Shown here: positions 63,512-64,000 of the stretch, one piece after another
Layout: each line of letters starts with the position of its first letter
How positions within the stretch are numbered: the first letter of the stretch is position 1
Source: an uncultured Chloroflexia bacterium
GTDB taxonomy: Bacteria > Chloroflexota > Limnocylindria > Limnocylindrales > CSP1-4
Reading direction: 5' to 3'
Length of the DNA: 64,000 nt
NCBI GenBank assembly: GCA_963829155.1
Contig: CAWHIA010000018.1
Span: 13,804-77,803, forward strand
Notes under the pieces: generated by a model
Told to the model about the DNA's origin: nothing
The model's database searches: none
Seen by the model: the letters and a program-made list of their open reading frames with translations, nothing else
Translations under genes and position numbers: made by a program

Positions 63512-64000
63512 GTGGCGGCGCCGACGGTCGCTGCGGGCACGAGCGCGAGCCGCGAGCAGTCGCGGGCGGCCTACCCGGACGAGACCGGCTACATCGTGCG
63601 CGACGGCGTTCGCGTGTTCTGGGAGCGGTACGGAGACGGCAGCCCGACGATCCTCCTGATGCCGACTTGGTCGATCGTGCACTCGCGTCACTGGAAGCTG
63701 CAGATCCACTTCCTCGCCCGCCACTTCCGGGTCGTCACGTTCGACGGTCGCGGCAACGGGCGCTCCGACCGTCCGACCGAGGTCGCGGCCTACGCGGACA
63801 CGGAGTTCGTCGCCGACACCATCGCTGTCATGGACGCGACCGGCACCGACCGGGCGGTCGCCGCGGGGCTGTCGATGGGCGCAGGCTTCGCGGTGCGGCT
63901 CGCCGTCGAGCACCCGGATCGCGTCATGGGCCTGTGCCTGTTCGGCTCGACCATCCCGGTCAACGATCGCAAGCCGGACGACCCTGACGTCGGCCCCGAT
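63512..64000 (+). CDS. Alpha/beta-hydrolase fold protein, N-terminal part (runs off the right edge)
   Basis: I translated this myself; the ORF is absent from the track because it has no stop in the window. From GTG 63512 it reads ...YPDETGYIVRDGVRVFWERYGDGSPTILLMPTWSIVHSRHWKLQIHFLARHFRVVTFDGRGNGRSDRP...AAGLSMGAGFAVRLAVEHPDRV. GLSMG is the nucleophile elbow. Confidence 0.75.
   Translation, partial: MAAPTVAAGTSASREQSRAAYPDETGYIVRDGVRVFWERYGDGSPTILLMPTWSIVHSRHWKLQIHFLARHFRVVTFDGRGNGRSDRPTEVAAYADTEFVADTIAVMDATGTDRAVAAGLSMGAGFAVRLAVEHPDRVMGLCLFGSTIPVNDRKPDDPDVGPD

Overview
This is a very GC-rich window (by eye well above 65-70 %) that looks like an Actinomycetota chromosome. I recognised no rRNA, tRNA, CRISPR array, transposase or integrase.

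**1-18.1 kb: a contractile injection system (CIS/eCIS) locus.**
- A DUF4255 cap-like gene and an AAA+ ATPase lie on the minus strand.
- The plus strand carries a translationally coupled operon: sheath, tube, two small ORFs in the chaperone position, a Pro/Ala-rich tape-measure-like gene, a second tube-like gene, a LysM baseplate protein, a VgrG/gpD-like spike, PAAR, gp25, a baseplate-J protein and a gpI-like protein.
- No tail-fibre gene is present.
- Left of the core sit three putative cargo genes that share an N-terminal LQ-x-[ST]-AGN leader: a protein with two peptidoglycan-binding repeats, a DUF4157 zincin, and an annexin-repeat/HEXXH metalloprotease with a coupled small ORF.

**18.5-27.7 kb: the accessory module I find most intriguing.**
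- Two paralogous single-pass membrane proteins each carry two zinc ribbons. One has a roughly 1 kb Glu-Pro tandem repeat and a discoidin-like ectodomain. The other has a TolB-like beta-propeller.
- They flank a STAND ATPase regulator with a C-terminal SARP DNA-binding module.
- An Ig-like/TM protein lies alongside.

**Rest of the window.**
- Housekeeping genes: ppdK, ferredoxin-NADP reductase, a SulP transporter and glyQS.
- An IclR-associated sugar/aminosugar catabolic island with an ABC importer.
- A cyclic-nucleotide signalling operon.
- A secreted protein with thrombospondin type 3 repeats.
- A DUF1326/DUF2182/TetR trio.

**Two cross-cutting observations.**
- A ~165 bp element built from four CGTGCG-N5-CGCACG palindromes at conserved 41/64/41 spacing occurs twice.
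- About 20 single-base reading-frame breaks, mostly +1, affect many otherwise recognisable genes. This points to sequence errors, or less likely to widespread pseudogenisation.
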